Assembly: GCF_009914755.1 (NCBI RefSeq)
Contig: NC_060948.1
From: the human T2T-CHM13v2.0 reference genome, Homo sapiens
Length of the DNA stretch: 64,000 bases
Direction: 5' to 3' (one strand)
Part shown: positions 39,879-54,129 of the stretch, piece by piece
Numbering within the stretch: position 1 is the stretch's first letter
Layout of the letters: the number at the start of each line of letters is the position of its first letter
Position numbers and translations under genes: made by a program
The notes under the pieces: generated by a model
Databases searched by the model: none
What the model saw: the letters and a program-made list of their open reading frames with translations, nothing else
Told to the model about the DNA's origin: nothing

Positions 39879-42800
39879 GGCCTGGAATAAAGTGGAATGC
39901 TACGGTCTCGAATGGAATAAAAATGTATGGAATGGAATGCAATGAAACGGAATCGAATGTCATAGAATGTAATGGAATGCAAAAAAATGGAATCCAAAAT
40001 CATTGACTGGAAAGGCTGGGTGTCGAAAGGAATTGACTCCAATGGAATGGAATCGAATGGAATGGAAGTGAATAGAATCGAACTAAATCGAATGGAATGG
40101 AATTGATAGGAACGGAATGGAAAGGAATGCAATGATTTGGCATGGAATGGAATCGAATGGCATCGAATGGAATGGAATGGAATGCAATGGAATGGAATGT
40201 ATTAGAATGTAATGAACTTTAATGGAATGTACTCGAATGGATTCGACTGGAATGGAATGTTCTGGAAGTGAATGGACTCCAATGGAATGGATTCAAAAGG
40301 AATGGAATCGTACGGAATGGAATCTAATGGAATGGAATTAAATGGAAATGAATCAAATTGAATAGCACGGAATTGAATTGAATGGAATGGAATGCAATGG
40401 AATCTAATGAAACGGAAAGGAAAGGAATGGAATGGAATGGAATGGGCTGGAATGGAAAGGAATCGAAACGAATGGAATGGAATCGAACTGAAGAGACTGG
40501 AATGGAATGCACTGGAATGGAAGGGAGTGTAATGGAAGGTTCTCGAAAAAAATGGAATCGAATGGAATGGAATTGAATGGAACGGAATAGAGTCGAATGG
40601 AATTGAATGGAATGGAATGGACTAGAGTGAAATGGAATCGAACCACAAGGAATGGACAGGAATAGAATGGTCTCGAATTGAATGGAATCGTATGGAATGG
40701 CATCAAACGGAATGGAATGGACAGCCACGGAATGGAACGCACTCGAATGCAATGGAGTCGAAACTAATGGACTGGAATAGAATGGACTCGACTGGTACGG
40801 ACTCCAATGGAATGGAATCGAATGGAAGGGAATCGAACGGAATGGACTCGAAGGGAAAAGACTGCCATGGAAAGGTCTCGAATGGAATGGAAATTAATGG
40901 AATGGAATGGAATCGAATGAAATGGAGTCAAAAGGAATGGAATCGAATGGCAAGAAATCGAATGTAATGGAATCGCAAGGAATTGATGTGAACGGAACGG
41001 AATGGAATGGAATCCAAAGGAATGGAATAGAATGGAATGGAATCGAATGGAAAGGACTCGAATGGAAATCACTCGAATAGAATGCAACTTAATAAAATAG
41101 GATCAAATGTAATGGAATGGAATGGAAAGGAATCAAAACGAAAGGAATGGAGACAGATGGAATGGAATGGAACAGAGAGCAATGGTATAGAATGGAATGG
41201 AATCATCTGGAATGGAATTGAATGGAATGGAATAATATGAAATGGAATGGAATGGAATGGAATGGAATGCCCTTGAATTAAATGGACTGGAATGGAATGG
41301 ACTCGAACAGAGTGGAATGGAAAGTGTTGAGATAGAATGGAATGGACTCCTTTGGAATGGTGTAGTATGCAATGCAATCGACTGGCAGGGAATCAAAAGG
41401 AATGTAATGGAATGGACTGGACTGGAATGCAATGGACTCGAATAGATTGGAAACGGAATGCAAAGGAATGGAATGGAATAGTATGGAATGGAATGGAAAG
41501 GAATGGAGTGGAATAGACTAGAGTGGAATGGAATGGACTGGAAAGCAATGGACTGGAATGGAACTTTCTTGAATGGACTGGAATCAAACGGAATGGAATG
41601 CAATGCAATCAAATTGCATGGAATAAAATAGAATGAAAGAGAATGAAATGGAATTGAATCGAATGGAATCGAATGGATTGGAAAGGAATAGAATGGAATG
41701 GAATGGAATTGACTCAAATGGAATGGACTAGAATGGAATGGATTCGAATGGAAGGCAAAGGAATGGAATCTATTGGAATGGACTGTAATGGAATGGAATG
41801 GAAGGGATTGGAATGGACTCGAATGGAATGGACTGCAATAGAAAGGATTCGAATGGAATGAAAAAGAATTGAATGGAATAGAACAGAATGGAATCAAATC
41901 GAATGAAATGGAATGGAATAGAAAGGAATGGAATGAAATGGAATGGAAAGGATTCGAATGGAATGCAATCGAATGGAATGGAATCGAACGGAATGGAATA
42001 AAATGGAAGAAAACTGGCAAGAAATGGAATCGAAAGGAATGGAGTGTTATGGAACGGACTCAAAAGGAATTGTATGTAATAGAATGGAGTGGAGTGGACT
42101 CGAATATAATGGACTGGAATGGAATGAAATCACATGGAATGGGAACGAATGGAATGGAATGGAAAGGAATGGAATCGAATGGAAAGGAATCGAATGGAAG
42201 GGAATGAAATTGAATCAACAGGAATGGAAGGGAATAGAATAGACGGTAATGGAATGGACTCGAATAGAATGGACACGAATGCTCAAATTGAATGGACTCG
42301 AATGGAATGGAAACGAAAGGAATGTCATCGAATGGAATTGAATCGATTGGAATGAAATCGCATAGAATGGAGTGGAATCAAATGGAATTGAATCGAAAGG
42401 AAAGGAAGCGAATGGACTGAAATGAAATGGAATGGAATTGAATGGAAAGTAATGCAATGGAATAGAATGGAACGAAATTTCACGGAATGGAATCAAACTG
42501 AATGGAATCAAATCAATGGAATCAAATCAAATGGAATGGAAAGGAATTGAATGGAGTAGATTGGATTGGATGGGATTGGAATGATATGTACTGGAAAGGA
42601 CTCGAATTTCATGAAACGGAATGGAATGAATTGGAAAGGAATGGACTCGAATGGAATGGAATGTCATGGAATGGCATCAAATGGAATGGCATCAAATGGA
42701 ATGGAATCGAATGCAATGGAATGCTATGGAATGGAATGGAATGCATTGGAATGGAATGGAATGCATTGGAATGGAATGTCCTCTAATGGAATGGATTCGA

Positions 42801-43472
42801 GTGGAATGGAATCGAATATAATGGAGTCGAATGAAATGGAATTGAAAGGAATGGGATCGAATACAATGGAATATACTGGAATGTAATGTAATGAACTCGA
42901 ATGTAATTGACTGGAATGGAATGTACATGAATGGAATGTAATCGAATGGAAAGTAATCCAATGGAATAGAATCTAATGCAATAAAATCGACTCAGATAGA
43001 GTAGAATGTAATGGAATGGAGTGCAGTGCAATGCAATGGAATGGAATGGAATGCAATGGAATGGAATGGAATGGAATGGAATGGAATGGAATGGAATGGA
43101 ATGGAATGGGATGGAATGGTATGGAATGGATAGTAATGGACTGGAGTGAAATGGACTGGAAAGGAATGGACTCAAATTGAAAGGGCTCTAAAGGAATGGA
43201 TTCAAATGGAATGGTCTGGAATGGAATGAACACGAAAGTAATGCAATCCAATAGAATGGAATCGAATGGCATGGAATATAAAGAAATGGAATCGAAGAGA
43301 ATGGAAACAAATGGAATGGAATTGAATGGAATGGAATTGAATGGAATGGGAACGAATGGAGTGAAATTGTATGCAGTAGAAGGGAATAGAATGGAATGCA
43401 AGCGAAAGGAAAGGAATGGATTGGAATGGAATGGAATTCATTGGAATGGAAGGGAATGTAGTGTAATGGACA
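39879..43472. repeat. DYZ1 unit 12 (3594 bp, longest)
   Basis: GGCC at 39879 to 43473; 20-bp duplication at 42731-42770. Confidence 0.93.
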
Positions 43473-46400
43473 GGCCTGGAATAAAGTGGAATGCTACGGT
43501 CTGGAATGGAATAAAAATGTATGGAATGGAATGCAATGAAACGGAATCGAATGTCATAGAATGTAATGGAATGCAAACAAATGGAATCCAAAATCATTGA
43601 CTGGAAAGGCTGGGTGTCGAAAGGAATTGACTCCAATGGAATGGAATCGAATGGAATGGAAGTGAATAGAATCGAACTAAATCGAATGGAATGGAATTGA
43701 TAGGAACGGAATGGAAAGGAATGCAATGATTTGGCACGGAATGGAATCGAATGGCATCGAATGGAATGGAATGGAATGCAATGAAATGGAACGTATTAGA
43801 ATGTAATGAACTTTAATGGAATGTACTCGAATGGAATCGACTGGAATGGAATGTTCTGGAAGTGAATGGACTCCAATGGAATGGAAACAAAAGGAATGGA
43901 ATCGTACGGAATGGAATCTAATGGAATGGAATTAAATGGAAATGAATCAAATTGAATAGCATGGAATTGAATTGAATGGAATCGAATGCAATGGAATCTA
44001 ATGAAACGGAAAGGAAAGGAATGGAATGGAATGGAATGGGCTGGAATGGAAAGGAATCGAAACGAATGGAATGGAATCGAATTGACGAGACTGGAATGGA
44101 ATGCACTGGAATGGAAGGGAGTGTAATGGAAGGTTCTCGAAAAAAATGGAATCGAAAGGAATGGAATTGAATGGAACGGAATAGAGTCGAATGGAATTGA
44201 ATAGAATGGAATGGACTAGAGTGAAATGGAATCGAACCACAAGGAATGGACAGGAATAGAATGGTCTCGAATTGAATGGAATCGTATGGAATGGCATCAA
44301 ACGGAATGGAATGGATAGCCACGGAATGGAATGCACTCGAATGCAATGGAGTCGAAACTAATGGACTGGAATAGAATGGACTCGACTCGTACGGACTCCA
44401 ATGGAATGGAATCGAATGGAAGGGAATCGAACGGAATGGACTCGAAGGGAAAAGACTGCAATGGAAAGGTCTCGAATGGAATGGAAATTAATGGAATGGA
44501 ATGGAATCGAATGAAATGGAGTCAAAAGGAATGGAATCGAATGGCAAGAAATCGAATGTAATGGAATCGCAAGGAATTGATGTGAACGGAACGGAATGGA
44601 ATGGAATCCAAAGGAATGGAATAGAATGGAATGGAATCGAATGGAAAGGACTCGAATGGAAATCACTCGAATAGAATGCAATTTAATAAAATAGGATCAA
44701 ATGTAATGGAATGGAATGGAAAGGAATCGAAACGAAAGGAATGGAGACAGATGGAATGGAATGGAACAGAGAGCAATGGTATAGAATGGAATGGAATCAT
44801 CTGGAATGGAATTGAATGGAATGGAATAATATGAAATGGAATGGAATGGAATGGAATGGAATGCCCTTGAATTAAATGGACTGGAATGGAATGGACTCGA
44901 ACAGAGTGGAATGGAAAGTGTTGAGATAGAATAGAATGGACTCGTTTGGAATGGTCTAGTATGCAATGCAATCGACTGGCAGGGAATCAAAAGGAATGTA
45001 ATGGAATGGATTGGACAGGAATTAAATGGACTCGAATAGATTGGAAACGGAATGCAAAGGAATGGAATGGAATAGTATGGAATGGAATGGAAAGGAATGG
45101 AGTGGAATAGACTAGAGTGGAATGGAATGGACTGGAAAGCAATAGACTGGAATGGAACTTTCTTGAATGGACTGGAATCAAACGGAATGGAATGTAATGC
45201 AATCAAATGGCATGGAATAAAATAGAATGAAAGAGAATCAAATGGAATTGAATCGAATGGAATCGAATGGATTGGAAAGGAATAGAATGGAATGGAATGG
45301 AATTGACTCAAATGGAATGGACTAGAATGGAATGGATTCGAATGGAAGGCAAAGGAATGGAATCTATTGGAATGGACTGTAATGGAATGGAATGGAAGGG
45401 ATTGGAATGGACTCGAATGGAATGGACTGCAATAGAAAGGATTCGAATGGAATGAAAAAGAATTGAATGGAATAGAACAGAATGGAATCAAATCGAATGA
45501 AATGGAATGGAATAGAAAGGAATGGAATGAAATGGAATGGAAAGGATTCGAATGGAATGCAATCGAATGGAATGGAATCGAACGGAATGGAATAAAATGG
45601 AAGAAAACTGGCAAGAAATGGAATCGAAATGAATGGAGTGTTATGGAACGGACTCAAAAGGAATTGAATGTAATAGAATGGAGTGGAGTGGACTCGAATA
45701 TAATGGACTGGAATGGAATGAAATCACATGGAATGGGAACGAATGGAATGGAATGGAAAGGAATGGAATCGAATGGAAAGGAATCGAATGGAAGGGAATG
45801 AAATTGAATCAACAGGAATGGAAGGGAATAGAATAGACGGTAATGGAATGGACTCGAATAGAATGGACACGAATGCTGAAATGGAATGGACTCGAATGGA
45901 ATGGAAACGAAAGGAATGTCATCGAATGGAATTGAATCGATTGGAATGAAATCGCATAGAATGGAGTGGAATCAAATGGAATTGAATCGAAAGGAAAGGA
46001 AGCGAATGGACTGAAATGAAATGGAATGGAATTGAATGGAAAGTAATGCAATGGAATAGAATGGAACGAAATTTCACAGAATGGAATCAAACTGAATGGA
46101 ATCAAACCAATGGAATCAAATCAAATGGAATGGAAAGGAATTGAATGGAGTAGATTGGATTGGATGGGATTGGAATGAAATATACTGGAAAGGACTCGAA
46201 TTTCATGAAACGGAATGGAATGAATTGGAACGGAACGGACTCGAATGGAATGGAATGTCATGGAATGGCATCAAATGGAATGGCATCAAATGGAATGGAA
46301 TCGAATGCAATGGAATGCTATGGAATGGAATGGAATGCATTTTAATGGAATGTCCTCTAATGGAATGGATTCGAGTGGAATGGAATCGAATATAATGGAG

Positions 46401-47016
46401 TCGAATGAAATGGAATTGAAAGGAATGGGATCGAATACAATGGAATATACTGGAATGTAATGTAATGAACTCGAATGTAATTGACTGGAATGGAATGTAC
46501 ATGAATGGAATGTAATCGAATGGAAAGTAATCCAATGGAATAGAATCTAATGCAATAAAATCGACTCAGATAGAGTAGAATGTAATGGAATGGAGTGCAG
46601 TGCAATGGAATGGAATGGAATGGAATGCAATGGAATGGAATGGAATGGAATGGAATGGAATGGTGTGGAATGGATAGTAATGGACTGGAGTGAAATGGAC
46701 TGGAAAGGAATGGACTCAAATTGAATGGGCTCGAAAGGAATGGAGTCAAATGGAATGGTCTGGAATGGAATGAACACGAATGTAATGCAATCCAATAGAA
46801 TGGAATCGAATGGCATGGAATATAAAGAAATGGAATCGAAGAGAATGGAAACAAATGGAATGGAATTGAGTGGAATGGAATTGAATGGAATGGGAACGAA
46901 TGGAGTGAAATTGTATGCAGTAGAAGAGAATAGAATGGAATGCAAGCGAAAGGAAAGGAATGGATTGGAATGGAATGGAATTCATTGGAATGGAAGGGAA
47001 TGTAGTGTAATGGACA
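43473..47016. repeat. DYZ1 unit 13 (3544 bp)
   Basis: GGCC at 43473 to 47017. Confidence 0.93.
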
Positions 47017-50000
47017 GGCCTGGAATAAAGTGGAATGCTACGGTCTCGAATGGAATAAAAATGTATGGAATGGAATGCAATGAAACGGAATCGAATGTCA
47101 TAGAATGTAATGGAATGCAAAAAAATGGAATCCAAAATCATTGACTGGAAAGGCTGGGTGTCGAAAGGAATTGACTCCAATGGAATGGAATCGAATGGAA
47201 TGGAAGTGAATAGAATCGAACTAAATCGAATGGAATGGAATTGATAGGAACGGAATGGAAAGGAATGCAATGATTTGGCATGGAATGGAATCGAATGGCA
47301 TCGAATGGAATGGAATGGAATGCAATGGAATGGAATGTATTAGAATGTAATGAACTTTAATGGAATGTACTCGAATGGATTCGACTGGAATGGAATGTTC
47401 TGGAAGTGAATGGACTCCAATGGAATGGATTCAAAAGGAATGGAATCGTACGGAATGGAATCTAATGGAATGGAATTAAATGGAAATGAATCAAATGGAA
47501 TAGCACGGAATTGAATTGAATGGAATGGAATGCAATGGAATCTAATGAAACGGAAAGGAAAGGAATGGAATGGAATGGAATGGGCTGGAATGGAAAGGAA
47601 TCGAAACGAATGGAATGGAATCGAACTGAAGAGACTGGAATGGAATGCACTGGAATGGAAGGGAGTGTAATGGAAGGTTCTCGAAAAAAATGGAATGGAA
47701 TGGAATGGAATTGAATGGAACGGAATAGAGTCGAATGGAATTGAATGGAATGGAATGGACTAGAGTGAAATGGAATCGAACCACAAGGAATGGACAGGAA
47801 TAGAATGGTCTCGAATTGAATGGAATCGTATGGAATGGCATCAAACGGAATGGAATGGACAGCCACGGAATGGAATGCACTCGAATGCAATGGAGTCGAA
47901 ACTAATGGACTGGAATAGAATGGACTCGACTGGTACGGACTCCAATGGAATGGAATCGAATGGAAGGGAATCGAACGGAATGGACTCGAAGGGACAAGAC
48001 TGCAATGGAAAGGTCTCGAATGGAATGGAAATTAATGGAATGGAATGGAATCGAATGAAATGGAGTCAAAAGGAATGGAATCGAATGGCAAGAAATCGAA
48101 TGTAATGGAATCGCAAGGAATTGATGTGAACGGAACGGAATGGAATGGAATCCAAAGGAATGGAATAGAATGGAATGGAATCGAATGGAAAGGACTCGAA
48201 TGGAAATCACTCGAATAGAATGCAATTTAATAAAATAGGATCAAATGTAATGGAATGGAATGGAAAGGAATCGAAACGAAAGGAATGGAGACAGATGGAA
48301 TGGAATGGAACAGAGAGCAATGGTATAGAATGGAATGGAATCATCTGGAATGGAATTGAATGGAATGGAATAATATGAAATGGAATGGAATGGAATGGAA
48401 TGGAATGCCCTTGAATTAAATGGACTGGAATGGAATGGACTCGAACAGAGTGGAATGGAAAGTGTTGAGATAGAATGGAATGGACTCCTTTGGAATGGTC
48501 TAGTATGCAATGCAATCGACTGGTAGGGAATCAAAAGGAATGTAATGGAATGGATTGGACTGGAATGCAATGGACTCGAATAGATTGCAAACGGAATGCA
48601 AAGGAATGGAATGGAATAGTATGGAATGGAATGGAAAGGAATGGAGTGGAATAGACTAGAGTGGAATGGAATGGACTGGAAAGCAATGGACTGGAATGGA
48701 ACTTTCTTGAATGGACTGGAATCAAACGGAATGGAATGCAATGCAATCAAATGGCATGGAATAAAATAGAATGAAAGAGAATCAAATGGAATTGAATCGA
48801 ATGGAATCGAATGGATTGGAAAGGAATAGAATGGAATGGAATGGAATTGACTCAAATGGAATGGACTAGAATGGAATGGATTCGAATGGAAGGCAAAGGA
48901 ATGGAATCTATTGGAATGGACTGTAATGGAATGGAATGGAAGGGATTGGAATGGACTCGAATGGAATGGACTGCAATAGAAAGGATTCGAATGGAATGAA
49001 AAAGAATTGAATGGAATAGAACAGAATGGAATCAAATCGAATGAAATGGAATGGAATAGAAAGGAATGGAATGAAATGGAATGGAAAGGATTCGAATGGA
49101 ATGCAATCGAATGGAATGGAATCGAACGGAATGGAATAAAATGGAAGAAAACTGGCAAGAAATGGAATCGAAATGAATGGAGTGTTATGGAACGGACTCA
49201 AAAGGAATTGAATGTAATAGAATGGAGTGGAGTGGACTCGAATATAATGGACTGGAATGGAATGAAATCACATGGAATGGGAACGAATGGAATGGAATGG
49301 AAAGGAATGGAATCGAATGGAAAGGAATCGAATGGAAGGGAATGAAATTGAATCAACAGGAATGGAAGGGAATAGAATAGACGGTAATGGAATGGACTCG
49401 AATAGAATGGACACGAATGCTCAAATTGAATGGACTCGAATGGAATGGAAACGAAAGGAATGTCATCGAATGGAATTGAATCGATTGGAATGAAATCGCA
49501 TAGAATGGAGTGGAATCAAATGGAATTGAATCGAAAGGAAAGGAAGCGAATGGACTGAAATGAAATGGAATGGAATTGAATGGAAAGTAATGCAATGGAA
49601 TAGAATGGAACGAAATTTCACAGAATGGAATCAAACTGAATGGAATCAAACCAATGGAATCAAATCAAATGGAATGGAAAGGAATTGAATGGAGTAGATT
49701 GGATTGGATGGGATTGGAATGAAATGTACTGGAAAGGACTCGAATTTCATGAAACCGAATGGAATGAATTGGAACGGAACGGACTCGAATGGAATGGAAT
49801 GTCATGGAATGGCATCAAATGGAATGGCATCAAATGGAATGGAATCGAATGCAATGGAATGCTATGGAATGGAATGGAATGCATTTTAATGGAATGTCCT
49901 CTAATGGAATGGATTCGAGTGGAATGGAATCGAATATAATGGAGTCGAATGAAATGGAATTGAAAGGAATGGGTTCGAATACAATGGAATATACTGGAAT

Positions 50001-50565
50001 GTAATGTAATGAACTCGAATGTAATTGACTGGAATGGAATGTACATGAATGGAATGTAATCGAATGGAAAGTAATCCAATGGAATAGAATCTAATGCAAT
50101 AAAATCGACTCAGATAGAGTAGAATGTAATGGAATGGAGTGCAGTGCAATGGAATGGAATCGAATGGAATGCAATGGAATGGAATGGAATGGAATGGAAT
50201 GGAATGGAATGGTGTGGAATGGATAGTAATGGACTGGAGTGAAATGGACTGGAAAGGAATGGACTCAAATTGAATGGGCTCGAAAGGAATGGAGTCAAAT
50301 GGAATGGTCTGGAATGGAATGAACACGAATGTAATGCAATCCAATAGAATGGAATCGAATGGCATGGAATATAAAGAAATGGAATCGAAGAGAATGGAAA
50401 CAAATGGAAAGGAATTGAGTGGAATGGAATTGAATGGAATGGGAACGAATGGAGTGAAATTGTATGCAGTAGAAGAGAATAGAATGGAATGCAAGCGAAA
50501 GGAAAGGAATGGATTGGAATGGAATGGAATTCATTGGAATGGAAGGGAATGTAGTGTAATGGACA
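47017..50565. repeat. DYZ1 unit 14 (3549 bp)
   Basis: GGCC at 47017 to 50566. Confidence 0.93.
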
Positions 50566-53500
50566 GGCCTGGAATAAAGTGGAATGCTACGGTCTCGAAT
50601 GGAATAAAAATGTATGGAATGGAATGCAATGAAACGGAATCGAATGTCATAGAATGTAATGGAATGCAAAAAAATGGAATCCAAAATCATTGACTGGAAA
50701 GGCTGGGTGTCGAAAGGAATTGACTCCAATGGAATGGAATCGAATGGAATGGAAGTGAATAGAATCGAACTAAATCGAATGGAATGGAATTGATAGGAAC
50801 GGAATGGAAAGGAATGCAATGATTTGGCATGGAATGGAATCGAATGGCATCGAATGGAATGGAATGGAATGCAATGGAATGGAATGTATTAGAATGTAAT
50901 GAACTTTAATGGAATGTACTCGAATGGATTCGACTGGAATGGAATGTTCTGGAAGTGAATGGACTCCAATGGAATGGATTCAAAAGGAATGGAATCGTAC
51001 GGAATGGAATCTAATGGAATGGAATTAAATGGAAATGAATCAAATTGAATAGCACGGAATTGAATTGAATGGAATGGAATGCAATGGAATCTAATGAAAC
51101 GGAAAGGAAAGGAATGGAATGGAATGGAATGGGCTGGAATGGAAAGGAATCGAAACGAATGGAATGGAATCGAACTGAAGAGACTGGAATGGAATGCACT
51201 GGAATGGAAGGGAGTGTAATGGAAGGTTCTCGAAAAAAATGGAATGGAATGGAATGGAATTGAATGGAACGGAATAGAGTCGAATGGAATTGAATGGAAT
51301 GGAATGGACTAGAGTGAAATGGAATCGAACAACAAGGAATGGACAGGAATAGAATGGTCTCGAATTGAATGGAATCGTATGGAATGGCATCAAACGGAAT
51401 GGAATGGACAGCCACGGAATGGAATGCACTCGAATGCAATGGAGTCGAAACTAATGGACTGGAATAGAATGGACTCGACTGGTACGGACTCCAATGGAAT
51501 GGAATCGAATGGAAGGGAATCGAACGGAATGGACTCGAAGGGACAAGACTGCAATGGAAAGGTCTCGAATGGAATGGAAATTAATGGAATGGAATGGAAT
51601 CGAATGAAATGGAGTCAAAAGGAATGGAATCGAATGGCAAGAAATCGAATGTAATGGAATCGCAAGGAATTGATGTGAACGGAACGGAATGGAATGGAAT
51701 CCAAAGGAATGGAATAGAATGGAATGGAATCGAATGGAAAGGACTCGAATGGAAATCACTCGAATAGAATGCAATTTAATAAAATAGGATCAAATGTAAT
51801 GGAATGGAATGGAAAGGAATCGAAACGAAAGGAATGGAGACAGATGGAATGGAATGGAACAGAGAGCAATGGTATAGAATGGAATGGAATCATCTGGAAT
51901 GGAATTGAATGGAATGGAATAATATGAAATGGAATGGAATGGAATGGAATGGAATGCCCTTGAATTAAATGGACTGGAATGGAATGGACTCGAACAGAGT
52001 GGAATGGAAAGTGTTGAGATAGAATGGAATGGACTCCTTTGGAATGGTCTAGTATGCAATGCAATCGACTGGCAGGGAATCAAAAGGAATGTAATGGAAT
52101 GGATTGGACTGGAATGCAATGGACTCGAATAGATTGGAAACGGAATGCAAAGGAATGGAATGGAATAGTATGGAATGGAATGGAAAGGAATGGAGTGGAA
52201 TAGACTAGAGTGGAATGGAATGGACTGGAAAGCAATGGACTGGAATGGAATTTTCTTGAATGGACTGGAATCAAACGGAATGGAATGCAATGCAATCAAA
52301 TGGCATGGAATAAAATAGAATGAAAGAGAATCAAATGGAATTGAATCGAATGGAATCGAATGGATTGGAAAGGAATAGAATGGAATGGAATGGAATTGAC
52401 TCAAATGGAATGGACTAGAATGGAATGGATTCGAATGGGAGGCAAAGGAATGGAATCTATTGGAATGGACTGGAATGGAATGGAAGGGATTGGAATGGAC
52501 TCGAATGGAATGGACTGCAATAGAAAGGATTCGAATGGAATGAAAAAGAATTGAATGGAATAGAACAGAATGGAATCAAATCGAATGAAATGGAATGGAA
52601 TAGAAAGGAATGGAATGAAATGGAATGGAAAGGATTCGAATGGAATGCAATCGAATGGAATGGAATCGAACGGAATGGAATAAAATGGAAGAAAACTGGC
52701 AAGAAATGGAATCGAAATGAATGGAGTGTTATGGAACGGACTCAAAAGGAATTGAATGTAATAGAATGGAGTGGAGTGGACTCGAATATAATGGACTGGA
52801 ATGGAATGAAATCACATGGAATGGGAACGAATGGAATGGAATGGAAAGGAATGGAATCGAATGGAAAGGAATCGAATGGAAGGGAATGAAATTGAATCAA
52901 CAGGAATGGAAGGGAATAGAATAGACGGTAATGGAATGGACTCGAATTGAATGGACACGAATGCTCAAATTGAATGGACAAGAATGGAATGGAAACGAAA
53001 GGAATGTCATCGAATGGAATTGAATCGATTGGAATGAAATCGCATAGAATGGAGTGGAATCAAATGGAATTGAATCGAAAGGAAAGGAAGCGAATGGACT
53101 GAAATGAAATGGAATGGAATTGAATGGAAAGTAATGCAATGGAATAGAATGGAACGAAATTTCACGGAATGGAATCAAACTGAATGGAATCAAATCAATG
53201 GAATCTAATCAAATGGAATGGAAAGGAATTGAATGGAGTAGATTGGATTGGATGGGATTGGAATGAAATGTACTGGAAAGGACTCGAATTTCATCAAACG
53301 GAATGGAATGAATTGGAACGGAATGGACTCGAATGGAATGGAATGTCATGGAATGGCATCAAATGGAATGGCATCAAATGGAATGGAATCGAATGCAATG
53401 GAATGCTATGGAATGGAATGGAATGCATTGGAATGGAATGTCCTCTAATGGAATGGATTCGAGTGGAATGGAATCGAATATAATGGAGTCGAATGAAATG

Positions 53501-54129
53501 GAATTGAAAAGAATGGGATCGAATACAATGGAATATACTGGAATGTAATGTAATGAACTCGAATGTAATTGACTGGAATGGAATGTACATGAATGGAATG
53601 TAATCGAATGGAAAGTAATCCAATGGAATAGAAACTAATGCAATAAAATCGACTCAAATAGAGTAGAATGTAATGGAATGGAGTGCAGTGCAATGGAATG
53701 GAATGGAATTGAATGCAATGGAATGGAATGGAATGTTATGGAATGGAATGGAATGGATTGGAATGGGATGGAATGGTATGGAATGGATAGTAATGGACTG
53801 GAGTGAAATGGACTGGAAAGGAATGGACTCAAATTGAAAGGGCTCGAAAGGAATGGAGTCAAATGGAATAGTCTGGAATGGAATGAACACGAATGTAATG
53901 CAATCCAATAGAATGTAATCGAATGGCATGGAATAAAAAGAAATGGAATCGAAGAGAATGGAAACAAATGGAATGGAATTGAATGGAATGGAATTGAATG
54001 GAATGGGAACGAATGGAGTGAAATTGTATGCAGTAGAAGAGAATAGAATGGAATGCAAGCGAAAGGAAAGGAATGGATTGGAATGGAATGGAATTCATTG
54101 GAATGGAAGGGAATGTAGTTTAATGGACA
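50566..54129. repeat. DYZ1 unit 15 (3564 bp)
   Basis: GGCC at 50566 to 54130; 5-bp loss near 52471. Confidence 0.93.
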
